Source: Candidatus Firestoneibacteriota bacterium (GTDB lineage Bacteria > Oederibacteriota > D2-FULL-39-29). Taken from it: a stretch of 64,000 nucleotides of DNA. Positions 51,184 through 59,967 of the stretch are shown here, piece after piece; the first letter of the stretch is position 1, and the number at the start of each line of letters is the position of its first letter. A model generated the notes under the pieces. That model ran no database searches. It saw only the letters and a list, made by a program, of their open reading frames with translations, and was not told where the DNA came from. The stretch spans positions 371 to 64,370 of the forward strand of contig CAIYPD010000115.1 of the NCBI GenBank assembly GCA_903928075.1, given 5' to 3'. The translations under genes were made by a program, and so were the position numbers.

Positions 51184-52245
51184 TTACTTTATTTTCTCGT
51201 TACCAAACCTTAACCGTGCTATTTGTACAGACTGATTCAGTTTATTTTCAAGTACTTTACGGGATGGGAGCTCTGTCAGGTAATCGGCAACGCGGATTCC
51301 GCTTTTCCCAAGCTCCAGTAATTCTATCTGCTCATTGGATTTCCCGGAGCAAAGTATCAGACCGAGAGGATGAGCTTCTCCCTCTTTTCTCTCGTGTTTA
51401 TCGAGCCATCTCAGATAAAGTTCCATCTGCCCTTTATATTCAGCTTTAAATTTACCAAGCTTCAATTCTATGGCAACAAGTCTTTTTAAGCCCCTATGGT
51501 AAAATAGCAGATCAAGATAGAAATCTTCACCGTCAATTATAATACGTTTTTGCCTGGCAAGGAAAGAAAAACCCGTCCCTATTTCCAGTATAAAACCTTC
51601 AAGGTCACGCAATATCGCGGTTTCAAGATCTTTTTCCTGGTAGGCCCCTTTCAGCCCAAGAAAGTCCAAAAAATAAGGGTCTCTAAATACAAGATCAGGC
51701 GTTAACTTGTCATCTTCTCGTAAGTTGGCAAGTTCTAGCTTTGCCAACTTCTCCGGTTTTTTTGATAGCGCAGTACGCTCAAACAGCATTCCGCCTATCT
51801 TTGCCCTAAGAATTCTTACACTCCACCGCTCAATTCTGCACATTTCTGCATAAAAATCCCGCTTTAAATCTTCCTTTAAGGGCAATATTTCTACTATATG
51901 ACTCCAGCTCAATTCTTTCGACAGTGTCGAAAGAATCTTTTGATCAGGGTAACACTCAACAAAGTGAACCATTCTGGAAAGATTGGGAACTGAAAAGCCT
52001 AAACCGTAATCAGAAACCAATTGTCCCGACACTGTCGCGACTATCTCTGCACCATATTCCGCCCGTTTTTCCTTTAGTATCTCTTTATGTATTCTTTTTC
52101 CTATTTTCCAGTAAAGCATTGTTAATTCGGCATTTGCAAAAGATGCCACCCTGCCACGGGCAGATTCTATAAGCCCGCGAATTTCTGACAGTACATCAGG
52201 AATGACAATTGCTGCTTTTTTAACTGTATTTCTTTTTTTATCCAT
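51184..52245 (-). CDS. DUF1016 / YhcG-like PD-(D/E)XK nuclease-family protein
   Basis: The ATG at 52245 has a GGGGGAA RBS. The N-terminal domain carries YWKIGKRI...SWSHIVEIL. The C-terminal nuclease-like block is IIDGEDFYLDLLFYHRGLKRLVAIELKLGKF. The track start at 52497 is an over-extension. Confidence 0.8.
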   Translation of the reverse strand: MDKKRNTVKKAAIVIPDVLSEIRGLIESARGRVASFANAELTMLYWKIGKRIHKEILKEKRAEYGAEIVATVSGQLVSDYGLGFSVPNLSRMVHFVECYPDQKILSTLSKELSWSHIVEILPLKEDLKRDFYAEMCRIERWSVRILRAKIGGMLFERTALSKKPEKLAKLELANLREDDKLTPDLVFRDPYFLDFLGLKGAYQEKDLETAILRDLEGFILEIGTGFSFLARQKRIIIDGEDFYLDLLFYHRGLKRLVAIELKLGKFKAEYKGQMELYLRWLDKHERKEGEAHPLGLILCSGKSNEQIELLELGKSGIRVADYLTELPSRKVLENKLNQSVQIARLRFGNEKIK

Positions 52246-52346
52246 TGTATTTCCCCCTTGAGTACTTGAATGTGTTGATTTTAACATAATGCGGGCAGAA
52301 ATCAAAGCATTTAAGGCTCTACACAAAATTAAGGGCTTTTCCTTTA

Positions 52347-52374
52347 TTGACAATCTCGGGCTTATTGATATAAT
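52347..52374 (+). promoter_or_regulatory. sigma70-like promoter TTGACA-16-TATAAT for the 918-aa secreted protein
   Basis: TTGACA at 52347-52 and TATAAT at 52369-74. Confidence 0.45.
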
Positions 52375-52465
52375 CAAGCATAGGCTGGTGCTTATTTTGA
52401 AAATAATATACTCCATTCCTACACGCAAAAGAATTAGTTTATTTACGCTTTTTCCGGAGGGAGCT

Positions 52466-55222
52466 ATGCAAATCAGATTTCTGCTTCTAATTTCCATTCT
52501 TCTTAGTTTTCAAATGCTTCAAGCCGCTGAGGCACCTCTAAAAGCGGACGAAAAAAGTATAGAAGCGGCAGTTGCGGCGGCGCCGGAAACACCCTTCGAC
52601 CTTAAAGCTATGGACCTTAAGCTTAAACTTATAGATTTTATTGACTGCACAAACGAAAAAGACCCGCACGAATTTAAGGACCAGGGCACATCAAGTATTG
52701 CATTCGGCCCGGCAGGAAAGTACCGCGTAACGGCAGGACACCGCCACGCGTTTTTTTCCTACAGGTTTAAAAGCGCAGGTAAAGATAAACCTCTGCTTAT
52801 CACGATAGAATATCCCGACGACGCGGATAGAAATATTTATTTCGGCACCCATGAATCTGTCCTTTCCGGAAGCAGCAATATTGACTGGAGCCTGGAAACC
52901 GGGGTTTACACGGGCTATCCCGTCCCTCTCTCCAATAAAATGCAGTATCACACCTTTATTATGTGGGCCCAGGATGAATGGCCCTGTGTTATTGCGGCAA
53001 ATTTCGGCAGAAACGGCGGGGCCGGCGCCGCAAGCCGGATCTGGGTGCACTCTATAGAAGAACCTTTGCCCGTCCTCAAGGTTGACACTCCTGATCCTTT
53101 GAAACCAAGGCGGCTCGGGCATTACAACTCCCTGGGTAACTATCTGGCCACCAGGCTCTATTTCGGCGCCGGCAGTAAGGACTCGATAAAACACATGGTG
53201 GACTATTTTGCTTATGTCGGTGTAAATGAAATAAGCTGGGGCGTTATTTTAAACAACAGTTATGCCTTTGACTGCACCATCCCATCCTGGGGTAAAGGCG
53301 ACAACTCCGAACATCTGGACAAAGTTCTGACGGCCATGGATGAAAAGGGCGATATGAATTTTGTGGCGGGGTTTGCTCTGGATAATAACTTTATAATAAA
53401 TAAAAAACAGCTTAAGAATATGAGCCCAGCGGAGCTTAAAGATTGTATTTCTGCGGGCTTCGATGAATTTCTCTCCCGTTACGGAAAGTACAAATCCTTA
53501 AAAGGCATAGTTCTCGGCGCGCAGTACGGAATAACCTTTGCGGATTTGCTCCGGGAAAAAGGCATCCTTGAAAGTATAGTAAAAGGGATAAAAAGAGCGA
53601 AGACCGGCATAGAGGTTTATACCTATGTCGGAGGAAAAGCTTTGCATGAGGAATATTTTGACGGTGCGGACAAAGTAAGTTCCTGGGATGTGATTTCACG
53701 CTGGGAAAAATCAGACAAAACCTGGAGTGATTTCCTCGGAGCGGAGATAGGAAGTCTCTGGAAAAAATGGAACAGATCACCGGCTGATTTTAAAAACAAA
53801 GGCTTGCTTGTTTCAGAGCAGTACCAGCCGGATGATTACAGGATTTTCGGCCTTTACGCCCAGCAGGCGCGGCCCTATATTTATTATGATGTCGACAACT
53901 CCCAGGCCAGAAGCGATATTGTAAATACCAATTATGCAAATCTCTGGAATACACATTTCGAGGGGTGGTTCGGACTTATTCCCGGTTATAATTTCTGGTA
54001 TAAAAAATTATGGGTAGCGCCGGACTTCAATGCCCCGCCTCCCCATTCTCTCGCCGCTTTTACCAGACCGCTTATTCACCGGGATCGTTTTGTAATCAAT
54101 GCAGGTTCCTGGAATGTAAAATATTTCGGAAGCGAGGTCAATTACCGCCGTTTTGCACAGGCCTTCAGAAGCCTGCCGCCTGACATGATGAAAGATGTTA
54201 CAGGCATTGACGATGATACTGTTAAAGCAAGATGGCTTCCTTATAAAGGCAAAAGGTATATTTCTCTTGTCAACAAAACACCTTTTCCTGCTGAGTTGAC
54301 CGTTGACGGACATATAGTCATCCTCCCTTGCGACGAGATTTCGACAATAGTGGATACCGGACCTGAAGAACCCATAATTACAATAAGACCGAGTACGGAA
54401 TATAGAAATTGGGTCGCGAAAAGAATAGCTAACTTCGTTAAGACGGCTGGTGAATTAAAAGCACTAGATGCGAGTGCAATTTCTTATGTTTTTGATGATG
54501 TAAGTAATACTGCCTATGGACAACTTGATGGGGGAAAACCCTATGCTGCCAATACCACTCTAGGATTCGGGCTAGAAAAAGAACTTGAACTAAGAAAAAG
54601 CATACTGGCCCGGCCTTCAATATTCGTTCCACGAGTTATTTCTGCGCCCCCGACAAAGGGTGAGCTTGACAGCTGGCCCAAAAATTCAACCGACTTAAAA
54701 GCAGAGACTGGGGATTTTCTGGCGGGCCATCTTTATTTCCCTAACTCCTGGCAGGGGCCAAAAGACCTCTCGGCAAGATTAAGAACCGCCCACGACGGGA
54801 CGACTCTTTATCTCAGTTTCAGAATAAACGATGATCTTCTGACTGCCGGCGATACCTGCCAGATCTGGCTTTCAAAAGACAACTACAAAAACTGGAAAGG
54901 CGCGGTTCAAAAGATTGAGTCCGGCATACTGACCTTTGATATAAAAACCGGAGACAATAAAAAAACAGGACCCTTTACCTATTCCTGCGAATTAGACGGC
55001 AGCGGTTTCTTAATTACCGCAACCGCAAAATTATCCGGTCTGGATATTAAACCCGGGGAAGAAATAGGCTTCCTGCTCTATTACGCCGACCTGGACGGAA
55101 CTAAAAATTTAAATTCCGCGAAATGGGTGAGAAAACAAGCTCTCCTCTTACCCCATGACCCGAATTTTGTTTACTGGGGAGAAGATGCAAGGGTGCTGGG
55201 AAGGCTCGTTCTGGAAAAATGA
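52466..55222 (+). CDS. large secreted protein of unknown function, C-terminal CBM9/DOMON-like sugar-binding region
   Basis: The ATG at 52466 has a GGAGGGA RBS and encodes the signal peptide MQIRFLLLISILLSFQMLQA. The C-terminus (DSWPKNS...LSARLRTAHDGTTLYLSFRINDD) resembles the CBM9 fold. The rest is unassigned. Confidence 0.75.
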   Translation: MQIRFLLLISILLSFQMLQAAEAPLKADEKSIEAAVAAAPETPFDLKAMDLKLKLIDFIDCTNEKDPHEFKDQGTSSIAFGPAGKYRVTAGHRHAFFSYRFKSAGKDKPLLITIEYPDDADRNIYFGTHESVLSGSSNIDWSLETGVYTGYPVPLSNKMQYHTFIMWAQDEWPCVIAANFGRNGGAGAASRIWVHSIEEPLPVLKVDTPDPLKPRRLGHYNSLGNYLATRLYFGAGSKDSIKHMVDYFAYVGVNEISWGVILNNSYAFDCTIPSWGKGDNSEHLDKVLTAMDEKGDMNFVAGFALDNNFIINKKQLKNMSPAELKDCISAGFDEFLSRYGKYKSLKGIVLGAQYGITFADLLREKGILESIVKGIKRAKTGIEVYTYVGGKALHEEYFDGADKVSSWDVISRWEKSDKTWSDFLGAEIGSLWKKWNRSPADFKNKGLLVSEQYQPDDYRIFGLYAQQARPYIYYDVDNSQARSDIVNTNYANLWNTHFEGWFGLIPGYNFWYKKLWVAPDFNAPPPHSLAAFTRPLIHRDRFVINAGSWNVKYFGSEVNYRRFAQAFRSLPPDMMKDVTGIDDDTVKARWLPYKGKRYISLVNKTPFPAELTVDGHIVILPCDEISTIVDTGPEEPIITIRPSTEYRNWVAKRIANFVKTAGELKALDASAISYVFDDVSNTAYGQLDGGKPYAANTTLGFGLEKELELRKSILARPSIFVPRVISAPPTKGELDSWPKNSTDLKAETGDFLAGHLYFPNSWQGPKDLSARLRTAHDGTTLYLSFRINDDLLTAGDTCQIWLSKDNYKNWKGAVQKIESGILTFDIKTGDNKKTGPFTYSCELDGSGFLITATAKLSGLDIKPGEEIGFLLYYADLDGTKNLNSAKWVRKQALLLPHDPNFVYWGEDARVLGRLVLEK

Positions 55223-55279
55223 GTGCCTGCTCTTTCGATATCCGGTTAGTAGTCTAAAATAGACATAAGAGTTCATAAA

Positions 55280-55710
55280 GTTTGTAACGTTTGTAAAGTT
55301 TATAAAGGAAAAACTTTGCACCTACACAAATATCCCACAACGATTTTAGACCTTAGCTGCTGAAAGCGCAGCTTCCGCCCAGGCGGATGCTCAAATATCA
55401 TAATATTTACATTTTTGAAGGCAGATACACACCCTCCAAAAAGACTGGCGGGCATGGATAAAAACCAGATGACACAGATAACAGACGAAGATAAATATCC
55501 TTCTGCGATTTTAGACCTTACGAACCTTATAAACTTTACAGACCTTAGCTGCTAAAAGCGCAGCTGATGGCACAGATAAAAAACAGATGACACAGATGCA
55601 CGACGGAACATAATAAATATCCCTCAACGATTTTAGACCTTACAGACCTTATGGACCTTTATAGACTTTTACAGACCCTTACAGACCTTTGCAGACCCTT
55701 ATAGACTGTA
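55280..55710. repeat. complex modular non-coding repeat region
   Basis: There are three 28-bp modules of the form aaatatccNNNNNcgattttagacctta, at 55328, 55493 and 55615. Two agctgctNaaagcgcagct hairpins lie at 55355 and 55547. gatgacacagat is repeated. Degenerate 9-10-nt arrays flank the modules. Confidence 0.8.
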
Positions 55711-55725
55711 ATTTTTCGCCAACTG

Positions 55726-57138
55726 CTAACTGATTCCTAATTTGTTTTTAATGTACTTATCCATACTTGCCGCCGCTTTCTTTCCTGCGCCCATAGCCGC
55801 GATTACTGTGGCCGCGCCGGTTGCTATATCTCCGCCGGCATAAACACCTGCTACCGAGGTTTCACCGGTTTCTTCATTTGTCACAATATTTCCCCATTTA
55901 CCTATTTTAAGTTCCGGCATTGACTGCGGAATTAAAGGATTCGGAGACTGACCTATAGCCGAGACGACCGTATCAAGGTCCATAACATATTCCGAACCGG
56001 GTATTATCACGGGGCGCCTGCGGCCTGAGGCATCCGGTTCTCCGAGCTTGCATTTTATGACCTTCATCCCTTTTACCCTGCCGGTCTTTTCGTCACCCAG
56101 CACTTCCACCGGAGCGGTTAGAAGATGAAGTTTTACCCCTTCTTCTACTGCATTTTCAATCTCTTCTTTTCTTGCAGGCATCTCTTCTTCGCTTCTTCTA
56201 TATACTATGTATACTTCCTTTGCGCCCAGACGCAAAGAGCATCTGGCAGCGTCCATCGCAACATTGCCCGCCCCCACGACAGCCACGCGGTTACCTATTC
56301 TTACAGGCGTGTCCGTTTCAGGAAATTTGTAGGCCTGCATAAGGTTAATTCTGGTCAAATACTCGTTTGCGGAGTATACGCCGGCAAAGTTCTCCCCGGG
56401 AACCCCGAGAAAAGAAGGCAGCCCGGCCCCGGCGCCGATAAAGACCGCCGCAAAACCCTGTTTGAAAAGTTCCGGTATTGGAATGGTCTTTCCGACCAGT
56501 ACATTTACGATAATATTAACGCCCAGCTTTCTTAGATAATCCACTTCAATATCAAGTATCTCTTTCGGTAAGCGGAACTGCGGAATGCCGTAACGGAGAA
56601 CTCCGCCGGTAGCATGGAGGGACTCATAAATAGTCACCTCATAACCGAGCCTCGCCAGATCTCCCGCGCAGGTAAGGCCTGCGGGCCCCGCACCCGCTAT
56701 CGCCACTTTTGCGATTTTCTTTTCCGGGAGTTTAACCACATTCTTTTCTATATTACCAGCTTTCATCTCCGCATCAGCTACAAATCTTTCCAACCGTCCT
56801 ATCCCCACAGGTTCGTTCTTTTTTCCCACGATGCATTTCAGTTCGCACTGTTCTTCCTGCGGGCAAACTCTGCCACAGACCGCCGGCAGGGAATTGGTTT
56901 CTTTAATTTTCTTTGCGGCTTCGTCATATTTTTTCTCGCCGACCAGTTTAATAAAGGCGGGTATATTTATATTTACGGGGCAGCCGTCCACACATAACGG
57001 TTTTTTGCATTGCAGGCATCTGGCGGCTTCTTTTAAGGCATCGGCCTCGTCATACCCCAGCGCCACTTCGGTGAAATTTTTTACTCGTGCTTCCGGTGCT
57101 TGTTTTGGCATATCTGTTTTTTTAGGATTTATAGGCAT
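55726..57138 (-). CDS. NADPH-dependent glutamate synthase small-subunit-like oxidoreductase (GltD/NfnB/SudA family)
   Basis: N-terminal Fe-S Cys clusters (CLQCKKPLCVDGCPV, CGRVCPQEEQCELKC) are followed by two dinucleotide folds (IAGAGPAGL, VVGAGNVAMD). Confidence 0.9.
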   Translation of the reverse strand: MPINPKKTDMPKQAPEARVKNFTEVALGYDEADALKEAARCLQCKKPLCVDGCPVNINIPAFIKLVGEKKYDEAAKKIKETNSLPAVCGRVCPQEEQCELKCIVGKKNEPVGIGRLERFVADAEMKAGNIEKNVVKLPEKKIAKVAIAGAGPAGLTCAGDLARLGYEVTIYESLHATGGVLRYGIPQFRLPKEILDIEVDYLRKLGVNIIVNVLVGKTIPIPELFKQGFAAVFIGAGAGLPSFLGVPGENFAGVYSANEYLTRINLMQAYKFPETDTPVRIGNRVAVVGAGNVAMDAARCSLRLGAKEVYIVYRRSEEEMPARKEEIENAVEEGVKLHLLTAPVEVLGDEKTGRVKGMKVIKCKLGEPDASGRRRPVIIPGSEYVMDLDTVVSAIGQSPNPLIPQSMPELKIGKWGNIVTNEETGETSVAGVYAGGDIATGAATVIAAMGAGKKAAASMDKYIKNKLGIS

Positions 57139-57139
57139 A

Positions 57140-57979
57140 TTATCTGCACTCCGGGCATTTTAATTTGTAAATTTCCGCTGAATTCTTTTCTTCATCTTTA
57201 AACTGGTTAAGGCGCTTCATCAGTTCGCCGAAATCCACCTGATGGCCGTCAAAAGAAGGGCCGTCCACGCACCCGAATAAAGTTTTTCCGCCCACGGTCA
57301 CCCTGCAGGCGCCGCACATGCCGGTCGCGTCCAGCATGATGGGATTTAAACTGACTATGGTCCGGACTCCGTAGTTTTTGGTGAGGTCCGAAACCACTTT
57401 CATCATTATTACGGGCCCGACGGCCACAACCAGATCTATGCTCTTATCTTTTTCCAGAAGTTCTTTTAACACCTCAGAAACAAAACCTTTCCGGCCGTAC
57501 GATCCGTCATCGGTAGTCACATAAAAAGCGCTGCTCACCGTTTTTAATTCGTCTTCAAAGAACAAAAGCGACTTGTTCCTAGCGCCAATTATGGTGGTAA
57601 CTTTCTTTTTGTCTTCATGCAATTCTTTGACTTCCGGGTAGATTTCCGCTATGCCCACCCCGCCCGCCACGCAAACTATATTTTTTGCGGAGCCGAAATC
57701 GGTCGCTTTACCGAGCGGCCCGAGCAGGTCTTTTATAAAGTCCCCTTCTTTGTAAGTGGCCAGTTCCTGGGTGGTTTTTCCGACGACCTGAAAGACGATG
57801 GTCAGAGTACCGGCTGCCTTGTTTTTATCTGCTATTGTCAGAGGAATTCTTTCCCCGCCTTCTTTAAGCCTTAGAACCACAAACTGCCCGCTTTTTGCCG
57901 AGTTTGCGACAAGAGGCGCTTCGACTTCGATAAGCTTTACCGAAGGTGAAACATCTCTTTTTTTTAAAATCTTAAACAT
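57140..57979 (-). CDS. ferredoxin-NADP+ reductase-like subunit (NfnA/SudB/PyrK family)
   Basis: A flavin reductase fold with a C-terminal 2Fe-2S Cys motif (CGACRV...C). It lies 1 nt from the partner subunit gene. Confidence 0.85.
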   Translation of the reverse strand: MFKILKKRDVSPSVKLIEVEAPLVANSAKSGQFVVLRLKEGGERIPLTIADKNKAAGTLTIVFQVVGKTTQELATYKEGDFIKDLLGPLGKATDFGSAKNIVCVAGGVGIAEIYPEVKELHEDKKKVTTIIGARNKSLLFFEDELKTVSSAFYVTTDDGSYGRKGFVSEVLKELLEKDKSIDLVVAVGPVIMMKVVSDLTKNYGVRTIVSLNPIMLDATGMCGACRVTVGGKTLFGCVDGPSFDGHQVDFGELMKRLNQFKDEEKNSAEIYKLKCPECR

Positions 57980-58013
57980 TTTCTTCCCCCTTTCCCTGCA
58001 ATGTTATTATTTT

Positions 58014-58053
58014 CACTTCGTACTTCATACTTCGTTCTTTACCTCTTGTCCTT
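58014..58053 (-). repeat. purine-rich (sense strand) degenerate array after a stop codon
   Basis: On the minus strand it reads aaggacaagaggtaaagaacgaagtatgaagtacgaagtg. Confidence 0.55.
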
Positions 58054-59049
58054 CTAAAGCCCTTCAAAATATTTTTTATGCTTTTCTGTCATATTTACTA
58101 TACCCGGATACCCGCCCGTATGAATAAACAATACCTTTTCCTTATTGCCGATTTTACCGCATTTTATGTAATCTATCAAGCCCGCAAAGGCTTTTCCCGT
58201 ATACACCGGATCCAGAACTATTCCTTCACTGCTGCCTGCCAGTTTTATGGCATTAAGCGTACTTTCGTCAGGAATAGCGTAGCCTTCCCCGATATAATTA
58301 TCATCAATATTTATTTTTATTTCCTTACCCGGGTCCATCCCCAACACTTTGAAACCTTCCGCTATCTCCTGCTTTACATAAACTGCTGCTTTTTCTTTTT
58401 TAAAAAGAACGCTTATCCCGATAATTTCTTTAGCGGAGTGCTCCACCGCTTTGCCTATCTCCAGCCCGGCTTGAGTGCCTCCGGAACCGTTTGCCGTAAA
58501 AATACGGCTGAACTTTATTTTCAGCTCTTTCTCCTGTTTGACTATCTCCGAGAAACACTCAGCATAGCCCAGGGTCCCGAGCCCGCTCGCCCCGCCTAAA
58601 GGAACAGTATAAGCGCGGCGGCCATGGTTATCCAGATGTTTTTTTAAAGTTTCCATTTTTTTGTGAATGACTTTAAAATCCCAGGTACCGGCGTATATTA
58701 TTTCTGCACCAAAGATTTTATCAAGAAGCAGGTTACCTTCCAATACTTCTTTTTTCTTGCCGGAAAGCAACAGGATACAGCGGAGTCCGAGCTGCGCGCA
58801 TACTCCGGCGGTGATTCTCGCGTGATTGGATTGCGGCCCACCGGTCGTAATAATAGTATCGCAGTCCTTCTCCAGCGCATCGGCAAGAATATATTCGAGC
58901 TTTCTTACTTTATTGCCGCCCAAGGCAGAATCGGTAAGGTCATCCCTTTTAATATATATATCCGGGCCGCGCAGCTGCCTGCTTATTTTTTCGGCATATT
59001 CTATAGGGGTTGCGCGGTTAAAAAGTTTTATTTTATTATGCTTCTTCAT
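58054..59049 (-). CDS. PLP-dependent D-cysteine desulfhydrase / ACC deaminase family protein
   Basis: GGNKVRKLEYIL (PLP Lys) and TTGGPQSNHARITA motifs. Confidence 0.85.
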   Translation of the reverse strand: MKKHNKIKLFNRATPIEYAEKISRQLRGPDIYIKRDDLTDSALGGNKVRKLEYILADALEKDCDTIITTGGPQSNHARITAGVCAQLGLRCILLLSGKKKEVLEGNLLLDKIFGAEIIYAGTWDFKVIHKKMETLKKHLDNHGRRAYTVPLGGASGLGTLGYAECFSEIVKQEKELKIKFSRIFTANGSGGTQAGLEIGKAVEHSAKEIIGISVLFKKEKAAVYVKQEIAEGFKVLGMDPGKEIKINIDDNYIGEGYAIPDESTLNAIKLAGSSEGIVLDPVYTGKAFAGLIDYIKCGKIGNKEKVLFIHTGGYPGIVNMTEKHKKYFEGL

Positions 59050-59930
59050 TTCAAATATTCTCCAAAAAATCCCAGGACTTCTTTTTCATAGGTTTTAGTA
59101 TCTGTGCTTAAGGCTTCCACATGGCGGGCTCCCGGAAAAAGCAGGAGTTTTTTAGGCCCGGCCGCCGCCGCATAGATAAGTTTTGCGTTTTCTACGGGAA
59201 TGTTCTCATCGGCTTCCCCGTGGATTATTAGTACGGGGGTTTTTACTTTTGAAATACTGACTGCCGGGTTAACCTCCCGGTATTTGAAACCGCTTCTTAT
59301 TTCAGCCAGAAAAACAGCTGCAGGCACCAGAGGAAAATAAGGCACATGATAAAACCGGCGGGCATAGTGCCTGATCATGGAATTGAGGGTTGCAAAAGAG
59401 GAGTCGGAGACGACTGCGTTTATATCCGCGCAAAGCCCTGCTCCCATAAGAGCTGTCGCTCCGCCCATAGAGCGGCCGAGTACCCCTATACTTTTTGCCC
59501 CATTTGCCTTGGCAAACTCCACGGCGCCCAGAAGATCTTTTACTTCATTATAACCTAAAGAAGTGTACTTATATTTATTAGCTCCGTGCCCCCTGAAATC
59601 CAGGGCCAGAAGATTGTAGCCTTTCCGGTGCAGGAGTGGAATATAATTTAGCATATCGCTTCTATCCGCCCCCAGCCCGTGACAGAGAATTATCCATTTA
59701 TTCCCGGCCGTTTTTGCGGGAATCTCCCAGGCAGGCGCTTCTATATTATCAGAGGTTTTTAAGATAACCTCGTTGAATTTTATATTAAACATTGCCGGCG
59801 TATAGGCGGTATCCGGCCGGTAGGCGCGCAGCAGCAGTCCCGAGAATATCCAGGTAAAAACAAAAAAAAGAATTGCCCCGTAAAGAACAATTCTTATTAG
59901 TATTGCTTTTATTAAAGGAGCCGTTTCCAT
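59046..59930 (-). CDS. alpha/beta hydrolase with N-terminal membrane anchor
   Basis: HGLGADRSD, the nucleophile elbow GRSMGG and IHGEADENIP motifs. Confidence 0.8.
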   Translation of the reverse strand: METAPLIKAILIRIVLYGAILFFVFTWIFSGLLLRAYRPDTAYTPAMFNIKFNEVILKTSDNIEAPAWEIPAKTAGNKWIILCHGLGADRSDMLNYIPLLHRKGYNLLALDFRGHGANKYKYTSLGYNEVKDLLGAVEFAKANGAKSIGVLGRSMGGATALMGAGLCADINAVVSDSSFATLNSMIRHYARRFYHVPYFPLVPAAVFLAEIRSGFKYREVNPAVSISKVKTPVLIIHGEADENIPVENAKLIYAAAAGPKKLLLFPGARHVEALSTDTKTYEKEVLGFFGEYLK

Positions 59931-59967
59931 CTAAGTCCTTCTGCTTTAAACCTTAATTGTTTGAAAT

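Noticed and set aside
52246-52497. 84-codon N-terminal extension of the DUF1016 ORF, and 59-codon extension of the 918-aa ORF (52289-52465); the two overlap each other
   Set aside because: Both extensions lie in the divergent promoter region. Internal ATGs (52245 and 52466) have strong SDs, and they begin respectively a normal DUF1016 N-terminus and a signal peptide.
55454-55555. 33-codon ORF (MDKNQMTQITDEDKYPSAILDLTNLINFTDLSC) inside the repeat region
   Set aside because: There is no SD. The paralogous repeat copy carries in-frame stops (TAATAA), so the frame is not conserved between copies.
55328-55642. Three 28-bp repeats considered as a CRISPR array
   Set aside because: The repeats are only ~80% identical, with a variable 5-nt centre. 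Spacing is irregular (165 and 122 bp) and itself contains repeated hairpins. There are no cas genes in the window.
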